Assembly: GCA_964456235.1 (NCBI GenBank)
Contig: CAYWDX010000001.1
Span: 201,210-265,209 of the forward strand
From: an uncultured Candidatus Saccharibacteria bacterium
Lineage (GTDB): Bacteria; Patescibacteriota; Minisyncoccia; UBA6257; 2-01-FULL-56-20
Direction of reading: 5' to 3'
Length of the DNA stretch: 64,000 bases
Numbering within the stretch: the stretch's first letter is position 1; every line of letters begins with the position of its first letter. A program made the translations under genes and the position numbers. The notes under the pieces are model-generated. The model was given only the letters and a program-made list of their open reading frames with translations, ran no database searches and was not told the DNA's origin. This document shows, piece after piece, positions 17,962-27,295 of the stretch.

Positions 17962-18756
17962 GTGTCCCAACACGAAGATAAAAGTGAAGAAACTGGCGCG
18001 ACTGGGAACCCCTCCTCAAAAGAGGGTTCACCCAGCCAAAACCCCAAACAAGATCTTGTCCCAGCAGAACGCTACTCATTGACGCCGGCAAATCCAATCA
18101 TCGTTGGACTTTCCAGAGCATTTCATTGGACTCCGGCCACGGCGATCACTCGCATCGAGCAAGCACTTCCCGACAAATTTGAACAGCAAGTGTATCTTGG
18201 GGTTGCGGAGAGTTTCCGCATTCATCCAGAATCGCTTGCGAAGCTGCTTCGGCTGTATCGCGGGTCGAAGCCTCTTTCCGTCCACGACCTGGAACGCCGT
18301 CCGATGGGGCAGAATGTCGTTTCGAATTCATTCGGTGATTTTTCCGATTTTTTCGAGGCGTGCATGAACCTGGTGAAGGTTGTCGCGAAGGAATTTGAGG
18401 CGTTCAGCATCAACATGGAGTTCGCCGCTCGTATTGTGCTCGCATATGGACCCAACAATCCGGAGCAGGTGATCGAAATGATCGATGCGAATCTCGATGA
18501 GTGCTGCGATTTCTTCGGGATCAGCAAGTATCGAGGATACGGCGCGCGTCTTCGGATCTGCACATGGTATTTCGTCGATAGATTACTGCCCGAGCTCATG
18601 AACCGAGGGGTACCAAATGTTCTTGATCCGGATGAATTCATCGGCGACAGAGCGCTGCAACGCTATTGTCTCGGTGAAGAATCCGCATCGGAGCGCCGCG
18701 ATCCCGATTTTGAGCGGCAGCTCCACGATCTCCTTCATGGAGGAGGTGTTTCATGA
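17962..18756 (+). CDS. Hypothetical protein, first gene of a two-gene operon
   Basis: GTG start 5 nt after AAAGGAGGG. The ORF also remains open upstream to the GTG at 17827. ATGA overlap with the next gene; no recognisable domain. Confidence 0.5.
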   Translation: MSQHEDKSEETGATGNPSSKEGSPSQNPKQDLVPAERYSLTPANPIIVGLSRAFHWTPATAITRIEQALPDKFEQQVYLGVAESFRIHPESLAKLLRLYRGSKPLSVHDLERRPMGQNVVSNSFGDFSDFFEACMNLVKVVAKEFEAFSINMEFAARIVLAYGPNNPEQVIEMIDANLDECCDFFGISKYRGYGARLRICTWYFVDRLLPELMNRGVPNVLDPDEFIGDRALQRYCLGEESASERRDPDFERQLHDLLHGGGVS

Positions 18757-19913
18757 GTATCGAGCAACAGCTTCGGATGCAACTCTCAAAAGCGTTTGGA
18801 AGCACTCCGTGGGATGAAAACCCATTGGTGACCATCGGACTCAGCCATGCAATTTTGGGTCTTAAGGTTACCGACCAACAACTCTACCGAATCGTTCGTA
18901 GCTATATCCGTCAACTCGTGGCTGCGGTACATCCGGATGTAAACGTCGTGCGAACGGAAGTTCAGACGGATGATGCCAAGAAGATCCTCGTCGCGTTCGA
19001 TCTGCTCGACAGAGAAGAAACCTTCCTTAAGGCGTTGGAGGAGTTTCGCATTCTCAAGTCGGACGAGCGTTCTGAGATCGGCGTCCTCCGTGCTGGCGCT
19101 CGCAGTCTGAAGTCGCGCCTTGCGGGTATCGAAAACCAGATTGACGCGGTAGTTAGGGGTCAAAAAGCACTGGTAATCGAAAAGGGCATCTTTGCAAGAG
19201 AAAAGAGAGAACACGCGGTTATCGCGCAAGAGCGAGAACGAGAGAGAGAGGTGCTTTTGAGGCGAGTTTCTCACCTGAAGACTCAGATCGAGAACAAGCT
19301 CAATGAATCGCGCCCATGGAAACTCAAGTTCGAGCAACTGGCAACATATACCGCCAATCTCGGCAAAGAAAAGGGAGATGGCATCTTCGCTTTTGAGGCG
19401 CGGTGGATTGTTGTCGCGTATCTCCGACGCGGAGTCATATCCCGCTCTTTAACGGCCGTCGATCGATTCGGGACAGCTCGCAGGGAGTTCTCTCAGGCTG
19501 CACGGGACTTTCCTCTCGAGTTGCCTAAACTTCTGAACCTTTGGCAGAAAGTGGAAAAGAGGTTCGGGCGACCCGATGCGGGAGAGATCACGAAAGGAAG
19601 CAGACATTGGTCCCTAGGAATCAGCCTCATCCACCTGCGGGCAGGCGAACAGGAAGTGGTGTACGGCGATCGAACCGGGTCAAGCGGGCGGGTTATTGGG
19701 TCTATCCCACCTGCTGTATTGGGGTGTGTAAAACGCTCTCACCTCAAGAGTATCCTTGACCAAGACCATGCTTGGGGCGTCATGTCTCCTTTCTTGGTTA
19801 GGGGAGGGCTATTGCTCTCTATCTCTGTCGACCCCACTAAGCGGTATGTGTGGAGCCGGACTTGCCCGGAATTTCGCATCAACACCAAACGGTTCATCCT
19901 TGCCCTGGGGTGA
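18753..19913 (+). CDS. J-domain (DnaJ-like) protein with uncharacterised coiled-coil and C-terminal domains
   Basis: N-terminus ILGLKVTDQQLYRIVRSYIRQLVAAVHPDVN...AKKILVAFDLLDREETF has the helix II-HPD-helix III pattern of J-domains. The remaining ~300 aa have no known match. Confidence 0.6.
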   Translation: MSIEQQLRMQLSKAFGSTPWDENPLVTIGLSHAILGLKVTDQQLYRIVRSYIRQLVAAVHPDVNVVRTEVQTDDAKKILVAFDLLDREETFLKALEEFRILKSDERSEIGVLRAGARSLKSRLAGIENQIDAVVRGQKALVIEKGIFAREKREHAVIAQEREREREVLLRRVSHLKTQIENKLNESRPWKLKFEQLATYTANLGKEKGDGIFAFEARWIVVAYLRRGVISRSLTAVDRFGTARREFSQAARDFPLELPKLLNLWQKVEKRFGRPDAGEITKGSRHWSLGISLIHLRAGEQEVVYGDRTGSSGRVIGSIPPAVLGCVKRSHLKSILDQDHAWGVMSPFLVRGGLLLSISVDPTKRYVWSRTCPEFRINTKRFILALG

Positions 19914-19937
19914 TTGATCTTCATTATCACGGTGCGT

Positions 19938-19977
19938 GTTACCAGTAAAATGGTGGCACGCACCTTTTTTGTTCTTA
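19938..19977 (+). terminator. Rho-independent terminator
   Basis: GGTGCGTG ... CACGCACC stem followed by TTTTTTGTT, after the J-domain gene. Confidence 0.6.
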
Positions 19978-20183
19978 AACTATCCGGAGATCATGCTAAT
20001 AGTTCGCTTATTAATAAATAAAAGAAAGGGCCGCCAGCAATGTGACGGCCCGAAGGTAGAAAACTTGCGTATGAGTACGCCGAGGCGAATTTCGCCAGAA
20101 CCGGTTGGGACCGGAGATAAATGAAAGTGATTATTACAATGTAACTACAATTAGTTTAGGGCTTTATCTATCTGGCCACAAGC

Positions 20184-21377
20184 CTAACCTGTGGATAACC
20201 TGTAGAAGCGCTTTTTGCCCACTCGCATGACCTCACCGCCGTTGATTTTCAAGCTTTCCTGGGGCGCCCTTACTACCTTGCCGCCTACTTCAAAACCGCC
20301 TTGTTCGATCAGCCGCCGCCCCTCTCCGTTACTCTTCAAGCTGCCCGAAAGCATCACGAGCTCGAGCGCCGTGAGAGATTTCTTCTTTATGGTAAGGACT
20401 GGGATATCCGCGGGAATTTCTTTTTTCGAAAACAGCGCCTCGAATTTTTCTTTTGCTGCGGTCGCCTCTTTCTCGCCGTGATAGCGTTTTGCAACTTCAA
20501 AGGCCAAACGTTCCTTCAAGAGTTTCGGATTGATTTTCTTTTTTAATAATTTCTTAACCTCGGCGATTTCACCAAGAGGCATGTCGGTCGTCATTTCAAA
20601 ATATTCGGGGATCAATTCATCCCGGAGCGCCATGACTTTGCCAAACTGCTCGTCGGCGGTGTCGGAAACATTAATGGTATTCCCCCAGCTTTTTGACATT
20701 TTGCGGCCATCCGGGCCAACCAGAAGCTTTGTTGTCAAAATGTTTTGCGGCTTTTGGCCGTAATGCTCCTGAATTTTCCGCCCCGCAAGCAAGTTGAACA
20801 GCTGGTCGGACCCGCCGAGCTCGACGTCTGCCTTCACCGCCACGGAATCGTATCCCTGATAGAGCGGGTAGTGGAATTCGCGCAAACTGATTTCTTCATG
20901 CTTCTCCCAACGAGTTTTAAAATTGCGGCGCTCGATCATTTGGCGGATGGTGAAGAGATCGGCGAGCGAATCGAGTTCATGAAGCGAAAGTTTTTTGAGC
21001 CACTCGCTATTGTAGCGGATTTCGGTTTTCCGCAAATTCAAAATATTCCCGATCTGCGGCAAATAATTTTTCAAATTTTTCTTGACCTGGTCGGCGCTCA
21101 GCATAGGCCGCTGCGAAATCTTGTCGGATGCGTCGCCGATCTGCGCCGTGAAATCGCCAATAATAAGGACGGCGGTGTGGCCGAGCCCCTGGAACGCCCG
21201 CAGCTTCCACAAAACCGTGGCATAGCCGATATGGATAAACTCCCCCGTCGGATCAATCCCCAATTTCACGCGTAACTTCTTTCCTGAAGCGAGTGCCGCT
21301 TCGAGATTTTTTGAGTCAACCACTTCCTCAACATTCCGTGTGAGAACATCGCGAATCTTGTTCATATCCACCGCCAT
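20184..21377 (-). CDS. tyrS: Tyrosyl-tRNA synthetase
   Basis: HIGH-region equivalent (FIHIGYATVL), KMSKS motif (RKMSKSWGN) and C-terminal S4-like domain. Confidence 0.9.
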   Translation of the reverse strand: MAVDMNKIRDVLTRNVEEVVDSKNLEAALASGKKLRVKLGIDPTGEFIHIGYATVLWKLRAFQGLGHTAVLIIGDFTAQIGDASDKISQRPMLSADQVKKNLKNYLPQIGNILNLRKTEIRYNSEWLKKLSLHELDSLADLFTIRQMIERRNFKTRWEKHEEISLREFHYPLYQGYDSVAVKADVELGGSDQLFNLLAGRKIQEHYGQKPQNILTTKLLVGPDGRKMSKSWGNTINVSDTADEQFGKVMALRDELIPEYFEMTTDMPLGEIAEVKKLLKKKINPKLLKERLAFEVAKRYHGEKEATAAKEKFEALFSKKEIPADIPVLTIKKKSLTALELVMLSGSLKSNGEGRRLIEQGGFEVGGKVVRAPQESLKINGGEVMRVGKKRFYRLSTG

Positions 21378-21444
21378 AATGCTTGTATCGTATCATGAAT
21401 TTTTGGTATTCTAAAGACAGATCGTTGCGTCCATAAGGAGGCAT

Positions 21445-21708
21445 ATGATTTCCGAACTTGATGTTCTCAGCGAGTGGATCCCGGAGCAAATGCGGCCGGG
21501 AACGGTCTTCGTTTTGCAGAACGCCGGCGAAGTCGGCGACAGCGAGGATCCGTACTGGGCAGCCCTTGCGTGCCCCGAGTGTGGCATGCTGGGGCTCATC
21601 ACCAAGAGACAGGCCGCTGGATTGCTTCCGGTAATCTGCGGCTCGGAGAAATGTTCCGCCTCCTTCCGCATCCGCGACGAGGCGTTCATCGCCATCCGAC
21701 CAAGCTGA
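21445..21708 (+). CDS. Small hypothetical protein with a putative C4 zinc ribbon (CPEC...CGSEKC)
   Basis: Strong SD AAGGAGG 6 nt upstream of the ATG. Confidence 0.5.
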   Translation: MISELDVLSEWIPEQMRPGTVFVLQNAGEVGDSEDPYWAALACPECGMLGLITKRQAAGLLPVICGSEKCSASFRIRDEAFIAIRPS

Positions 21709-21825
21709 ACGCAAAATTAATCTCTCTCCATAAACGGCCGCACACTATCCGCTAACCTCCCGCCGGTATCCTCACGCCACAGGAGCAGCAGAAAACAGCG
21801 AACGGATTGCACCATTGGGGAGTAT

Positions 21826-21876
21826 AAGGGAGGCCCGGCACGTTCTCACGTGCCGGGCCTATTATTTTATTTTCGA
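21826..21876. terminator. Bidirectional terminator between the small gene and clpP
   Basis: GGCCCGGCACG ttctca CGTGCCGGGCC followed by a T-run. Confidence 0.7.
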
Positions 21877-21885
21877 TTACGCGCG

Positions 21886-22485
<600 letters not shown>

Positions 22486-22547
22486 GGATTTAGTGTAGCA
22501 CTTGTCTATTGTTACGCGTACCCCGCGAACATCGTTTCCTTCTCGAT

Positions 22548-24551
22548 CTACAAGAATGGGATGAGGAGGAGCGCGATGATGTTGATGATTTTGATGACCG
22601 GATTGATGGCCGGGCCGGCGGTGTCTTTGTAAGGATCGCCGACGGTGTCTCCGGTGACTGCCGCTTTGTGCGCGTCCGAACCTTTGCCACCGTGGTTCCC
22701 CTCTTCTATATACTTTTTCGCGTTGTCCCATGCCGCGCCGCCGGACGTCATTGAGACCGCGACGAAGATTCCCGTCACGATTGATCCAACGAGCAACCCG
22801 CCGAGCGCCATGGGGCCGAGGAGAAATGCGACGAGGATCGGGATCACGACGGGCAAGAGCGCCGGCACAATCATTTCTTTTATTGCCGCCGACGTTACGA
22901 TATCAACGCTCTTCGCGTAATCGGGTTTCGCCGTTCCTTCCATGATGCCGGGGATTTCCCGGAACTGGCGGCGAACTTCTTTCACGACGCTGCCCGCCGC
23001 GTTCCCTACCGCGCGCATCGAAATCGAAGCGAAGAGATACGGGATCATGCCGCCGATCAAGAGGCCGACGATGATGCGCGGATTCGAAAGATCGAACGAC
23101 ACGCTCGCCGCACCTATTTTATTCGCCAAGTCTTGGACGTACGACGAAAAGAGAACAACCGCCGCGAGCCCTGCCGAACCGATTGCATATCCTTTCGTGA
23201 CCGCTTTCGTGGTGTTCCCTACCGCATCGAGCGCATCCGTCACCTTGCGCACCTCCTCGGGAAGGCCCGCCATTTCAGCGATTCCGCCGGCATTGTCGGT
23301 GATGGGGCCGAAAGCGTCGATCGCGACCACGATGCCCGCCATCGAAAGCATGCTCATCACGGCGAGTGCGATTCCGTAGAGGCCGCTCGCTGCAAACGCT
23401 GAAAGAATTCCTGCGACGATCACAATGACCGGCAGCGCCGTCGCCTCCATTCCGACGGAGAGTCCGGCGATGATGTTCGTGCCGTGGCCCGTCGTCGAAG
23501 CGTCAGCGATCGAGCGCACCGGACGGAATTTTTTCGATGTGTAATATTCAGTGATCAAAACGATGAGCGCCGTCACCACGATGCCGATGAACATCGGCGT
23601 AAACATTTGCCTGAAGGTGAGATTGCCGATTGCGGCACCGAGCGGCGCGTATTTCGCCGCAAGAGCGTAAAAGCCGGCGAGCGAGAAGACGCTGGCAGCA
23701 ACGAGTCCTTTATAGAGAGCGCCCATGATTGAGCGCGATGTGCCGAGACGAACGAAGAAAACGCCGACGATCGAACCGATAATTGAGACGCCGCCAATCA
23801 TGAGCGGTAACAGAAGGAGCGTTTGCGCGCCCGGGAAAAGAAGATTGCCGAGGAGCATCGCGGCGATCGCGGTGACGGCGTATGTTTCGAAAAGATCAGC
23901 CGCCATGCCGGCGCAATCCCCGACATTGTCGCCGACGTTGTCGGCGATCACCGCCGGGTTGCGCGGATCATCTTCCGGAATCCCCGCCTCAACTTTTCCA
24001 ACCAAGTCTGCGCCGACATCGGCGCCTTTGGTGAAAATCCCGCCGCCGAGGCGCGCGAACACCGAAATCAAACTTGCGCCAAACCCTAAGCCGATCAACG
24101 CACGCACGTCATGCGTGGCAGCGTAGAATCCCGAAACAGAAAGGAGTGCCAAGCCGACGACGAGCAAGCCCGTCACCGAACCGCCTTCAAAAGCGAGCGT
24201 GAGCGCGGGAGCCAGGCCATGCCGCGCAGCCTCCGCCGTCTTCACGTTGGCTCGGACCGAAATGCTCATGCCGATATAGCCAGCAACGGCGGACGCAAAA
24301 GCGCCGACGATAAAACCGGCCATCGCCGTCCAGCCGAGGGAGAAACCGATCACGAGCGCTACGACGGCTGCGACCACCGCGACCGTCCGGTACTGGCGGT
24401 TCAAATATGCGCGCGCGCCCACTTGAATCGCGCGCGCGATTTCCTGCATTTTTTCGTTTCCGTTTTCTTTCTTAGAAATTTTCGCGATCAATCCAAGCGC
24501 GAATGCGATTGCCGCCGCGCTGCATGCTAAGGAAAAAATAATTGGCGCCAT
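22548..24551 (-). CDS. hppA: Membrane-bound proton/sodium-translocating pyrophosphatase
   Basis: 667 aa polytopic protein with the [22 protein letters not shown] signature of H+-PPases. Confidence 0.9.
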   Translation of the reverse strand: MAPIIFSLACSAAAIAFALGLIAKISKKENGNEKMQEIARAIQVGARAYLNRQYRTVAVVAAVVALVIGFSLGWTAMAGFIVGAFASAVAGYIGMSISVRANVKTAEAARHGLAPALTLAFEGGSVTGLLVVGLALLSVSGFYAATHDVRALIGLGFGASLISVFARLGGGIFTKGADVGADLVGKVEAGIPEDDPRNPAVIADNVGDNVGDCAGMAADLFETYAVTAIAAMLLGNLLFPGAQTLLLLPLMIGGVSIIGSIVGVFFVRLGTSRSIMGALYKGLVAASVFSLAGFYALAAKYAPLGAAIGNLTFRQMFTPMFIGIVVTALIVLITEYYTSKKFRPVRSIADASTTGHGTNIIAGLSVGMEATALPVIVIVAGILSAFAASGLYGIALAVMSMLSMAGIVVAIDAFGPITDNAGGIAEMAGLPEEVRKVTDALDAVGNTTKAVTKGYAIGSAGLAAVVLFSSYVQDLANKIGAASVSFDLSNPRIIVGLLIGGMIPYLFASISMRAVGNAAGSVVKEVRRQFREIPGIMEGTAKPDYAKSVDIVTSAAIKEMIVPALLPVVIPILVAFLLGPMALGGLLVGSIVTGIFVAVSMTSGGAAWDNAKKYIEEGNHGGKGSDAHKAAVTGDTVGDPYKDTAGPAINPVIKIINIIALLLIPFL

Positions 24552-24569
24552 GGTTGTGTGATGTTGGAT

Positions 24570-25913
24570 TTATGTAATGATATCTTCCTTGTCGTCCTCG
24601 TCTTTTTTCGGCTCGCTGATCTGCCCCGTTCCCTCGTCTTCTGAATCATTTGCGTTGTCGCCGCCACTCTTCACATCGCTTCCCCCATCTCCCCCGCCAT
24701 CATCTTTTAGATCGTTCGTATTTTTCATGTCACTCGCATCACCGAAATCTGCCATGCCCGCAACGCCGCCTTCTTGCTCTTCTTCGGGCCGCGTTTGCGA
24801 GCGAACGTCGATCTTCCAACCGGTAAGTTTCGCAGCCAACCGGACATTCTGGCCACCCTTGCCGATCGCCAAGCTCAACTGGCTCTCCGGCACATAAGCG
24901 CGCGCCTCGCGCCGCGGCGAAATTTCAACACGCTCCGCCTTCGCGGGCGACAGCGCGTTCGCGATGAAAACACTCGGATCATCCGACCATTCGGCGATGT
25001 CAATTTTTTCATTGCCGAGTTCGTTGTTCACCGCCATCACGCGCGTCCCCCGCTGGCCGACGAGCGCACCGACCGGATCAATTCCTTCGGCGGTCGAAGC
25101 GACAGCAACCTTCGTGCGATTGCCCGGCTCGCGCGAGATTGCTTTGATCTCGATAGAACCTTCAGCAAGTTCGGGCACCTCCATGCGGAAAAGCTCGACA
25201 ACAAATTTTGGATGCGAGCGCGACAGGATGATGCCCGGCAAGCGCGTATCTTCCTGCACGGCAAGCACGAGAAAGCGCAGGCGTTCCCCCGCTCGATAGT
25301 GTTCGCCGGGGATAGATTCGTTTGCGAACATCACGCCGATGGTCCGGCCGAGGTCGATGAAAACATTCCCGCGCTCAAAGCGCTGGACCATGCCGCTCAC
25401 GATCTGGCCTTCTTTCCCGCGCCACTCTGACAGGATCGAATCACGCTCGGACTCACGCAATTTTTGCAGAATAACCTGCTTCGCCGTCTGCGCCGCGATG
25501 CGTCCGAAATCATCATGAATCGGCAGCGGGAACGAAAGCTCATCCCCTACGGCTGCGCCCTTCTTTATTTTTTGTGCTTCCTCAATTTTGATGTGACGTT
25601 CAGGATTGAAGCGCGGTAATTTTTCTTCAGTTGATATTTCGGTTGATTTTTCTGCTTCGCGTTCGGCTGCTTCTTCCTCTTCGGTGATGAAGCGGACGGT
25701 CGTATCATCAACTGCTGTCTTCACCTGCCAGAATGCCAACTCGCCAGTTTTTTCGTCGAGCTTCGCCTTGATTACTTCACCGCGTTGGCCGTACTCACGT
25801 TTGTATGCAGCCGCGATCGAAGCTTCAATCACTTCTAAAACTTTTTCCGGCTCAAGGCCTTTTTCTTCGGCAACTTGCTTGAGCGCTTTTGATAACTCTT
25901 TTATGTTCAACAT
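24570..25913 (-). CDS. nusA: Transcription termination/antitermination factor NusA with acidic C-terminal tail
   Basis: N-terminal domain, S1 and two KH regions by sequence pattern. Highly acidic 60-aa C-terminus. Confidence 0.85.
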   Translation of the reverse strand: MLNIKELSKALKQVAEEKGLEPEKVLEVIEASIAAAYKREYGQRGEVIKAKLDEKTGELAFWQVKTAVDDTTVRFITEEEEAAEREAEKSTEISTEEKLPRFNPERHIKIEEAQKIKKGAAVGDELSFPLPIHDDFGRIAAQTAKQVILQKLRESERDSILSEWRGKEGQIVSGMVQRFERGNVFIDLGRTIGVMFANESIPGEHYRAGERLRFLVLAVQEDTRLPGIILSRSHPKFVVELFRMEVPELAEGSIEIKAISREPGNRTKVAVASTAEGIDPVGALVGQRGTRVMAVNNELGNEKIDIAEWSDDPSVFIANALSPAKAERVEISPRREARAYVPESQLSLAIGKGGQNVRLAAKLTGWKIDVRSQTRPEEEQEGGVAGMADFGDASDMKNTNDLKDDGGGDGGSDVKSGGDNANDSEDEGTGQISEPKKDEDDKEDIIT

Positions 25914-26010
25914 TGGATATTGAGTTGTTATTTAGTTTTATTTTTCTGACTTTTTTTCTCGTTCTCGCCGACGGGCTTTCCACCGACCAACCATCGCCAC
26001 CGGTCTCACT

Positions 26011-26050
26011 CCTGCGACATGCCCTTTAAAAAAGTCCGCTCACGAGCGGA
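26011..26050 (-). terminator. Rho-independent terminator downstream of yraN
   Basis: GTCCGCTCGTGAGCGGAC followed by TTTTTTAAA on the minus strand. Confidence 0.6.
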
Positions 26051-26104
26051 CTCCACACATGCCATTATTGTACTCGTTTTTTTATTTCTGTCAATTTGCC
26101 GCTA

Positions 26105-26497
26105 TCAAATGTTTTTGTAGTGCCGCATGGCGATCGGATTGCCACTTTCGGATAGATCGACCGCGATGAGGTCGATCCGCCAACCAATCTCATCATCTAT
26201 AAGGTCTTGATTTCGGCGAGCAAAGATTTGGCGGGCAAAGAACTGTGCGGTCCGGTTGAGTTTACGAAGTTTTGCGGCCGATAGGTTGTCTTCGGGTGAA
26301 AAACCTCCTCGTTTTACTAAGGCCTTGACCTCTACGAAGACCAGCACCCTGATCGTGTCAATAGCTACGATATCCACCTCATCCGACCGATTTCTTTGAT
26401 TTCTAGCCAGAATTCTCCACCCTTTTTTTATCAAAAACTGGCATGCGACCTCCTCGCCGATATGCCCATTTCTAGCCGATTTTCTTATGAACTTCAT
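26105..26497 (-). CDS. yraN: YraN-family (UPF0102) endonuclease-like protein
   Basis: GEEVACQFLIKKGWRILARNQRNRSDEVDIVAI...LVFVEVKA matches the YraN consensus. Confidence 0.75.
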   Translation of the reverse strand: MKFIRKSARNGHIGEEVACQFLIKKGWRILARNQRNRSDEVDIVAIDTIRVLVFVEVKALVKRGGFSPEDNLSAAKLRKLNRTAQFFARQIFARRNQDLIDDEIGWRIDLIAVDLSESGNPIAMRHYKNI

Positions 26498-26538
26498 TAA
26501 GTTTTAATTAAAAATTTATTAATTATTCGATAATCTTT

Positions 26539-26652
26539 TTAATTGTGTTTATCGGTAAACACAATTTAAATTCAAATAATTTTAATTATGTTTACCGGTA
26601 AACATATTTTTAATCATTAAATCAATTTTAATTGTGTTTATCGGTAAACACT
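26539..26652. promoter_or_regulatory. Three operator/iteron-like palindromes TGTTTA(Y)CGGTAAACA spaced ~44 bp apart
   Basis: Sites at 26541..26566, 26588..26605 (perfect 18-bp palindrome ATGTTTACCGGTAAACAT) and 26631..26652, in an AT-rich intergenic region between yraN and the dksA-like gene. Confidence 0.6.
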
Positions 26653-26907
26653 TTGTGGAACATTTTTGTTTAACATCAAGTAAAATGGGCTTTATAGCGG
26701 ATTTGAATTAAAAAGAAATTATTAAAAATAATGCGGAAATGCGGCAAAAATCGTATGCGGAAATTGCCGGATAGCTTTGCCGGATTAATTAGGCAATTTA
26801 TAGACATAGATTCCGGCAATTGCCTTAATATTTTTTTAATTAAATTTTGTACTTCATTAAGTCTTAATGTTTTCGTTTTTTGACTCGGTCGGTTAGAATT
26901 TGATTCA

Positions 26908-27243
26908 ATGACTGACAAAAATTTTGATGAGTATAAAAAGAAACTCGAAGGGGAGCGCCGGATGCTCCTTGCGGAGATAAAACAGGCCGAACGACCGCCA
27001 CGGTTTGGTGATGCGGAGGATCCTGATTGGGATGAGAAGACCGACGAAGCGGAGGAGTTATCAAAGCAACTTGCCATCGCGGGAGATCTCAAGAAGCGAC
27101 TGGACGAGATCGACATCGCTCTCTCAAAAATTTATTCAGGCAAGTATGGTGTCTGTGAAAAATGCGGCGGTGCCATCGAGCGTGAGGTATTGGAGGTTGA
27201 TCCCGCATCCCGGCTTTGCAAAGATTGCAAATCACGATCGTAA
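26908..27243 (+). CDS. DksA/TraR-family C4-type zinc-finger protein
   Basis: Coiled-coil N-terminus and a C-terminal CEKCGGAIEREVLEVDPASRLCKDCKS zinc finger. Confidence 0.75.
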   Translation: MTDKNFDEYKKKLEGERRMLLAEIKQAERPPRFGDAEDPDWDEKTDEAEELSKQLAIAGDLKKRLDEIDIALSKIYSGKYGVCEKCGGAIEREVLEVDPASRLCKDCKSRS

Positions 27244-27295
27244 ACGCAAGTTTCCCTTAAGGAAATTTTAATCACCGTTATGGTAGGCATGATAG

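Noticed and set aside
20160-20200. TGTGGATAA DnaA-box-like sequence near tyrS
   Set aside because: Falls at the 3' end of the tyrS coding region; likely chance occurrence.
24774-25430. Plus-strand ORFs within nusA
   Set aside because: Antisense shadows.
26676-27116. ORF 26676..27116(-) spanning the AT-rich spacer and the dksA-like gene
   Set aside because: Low-complexity translation overlapping a supported zinc-finger gene on the other strand.
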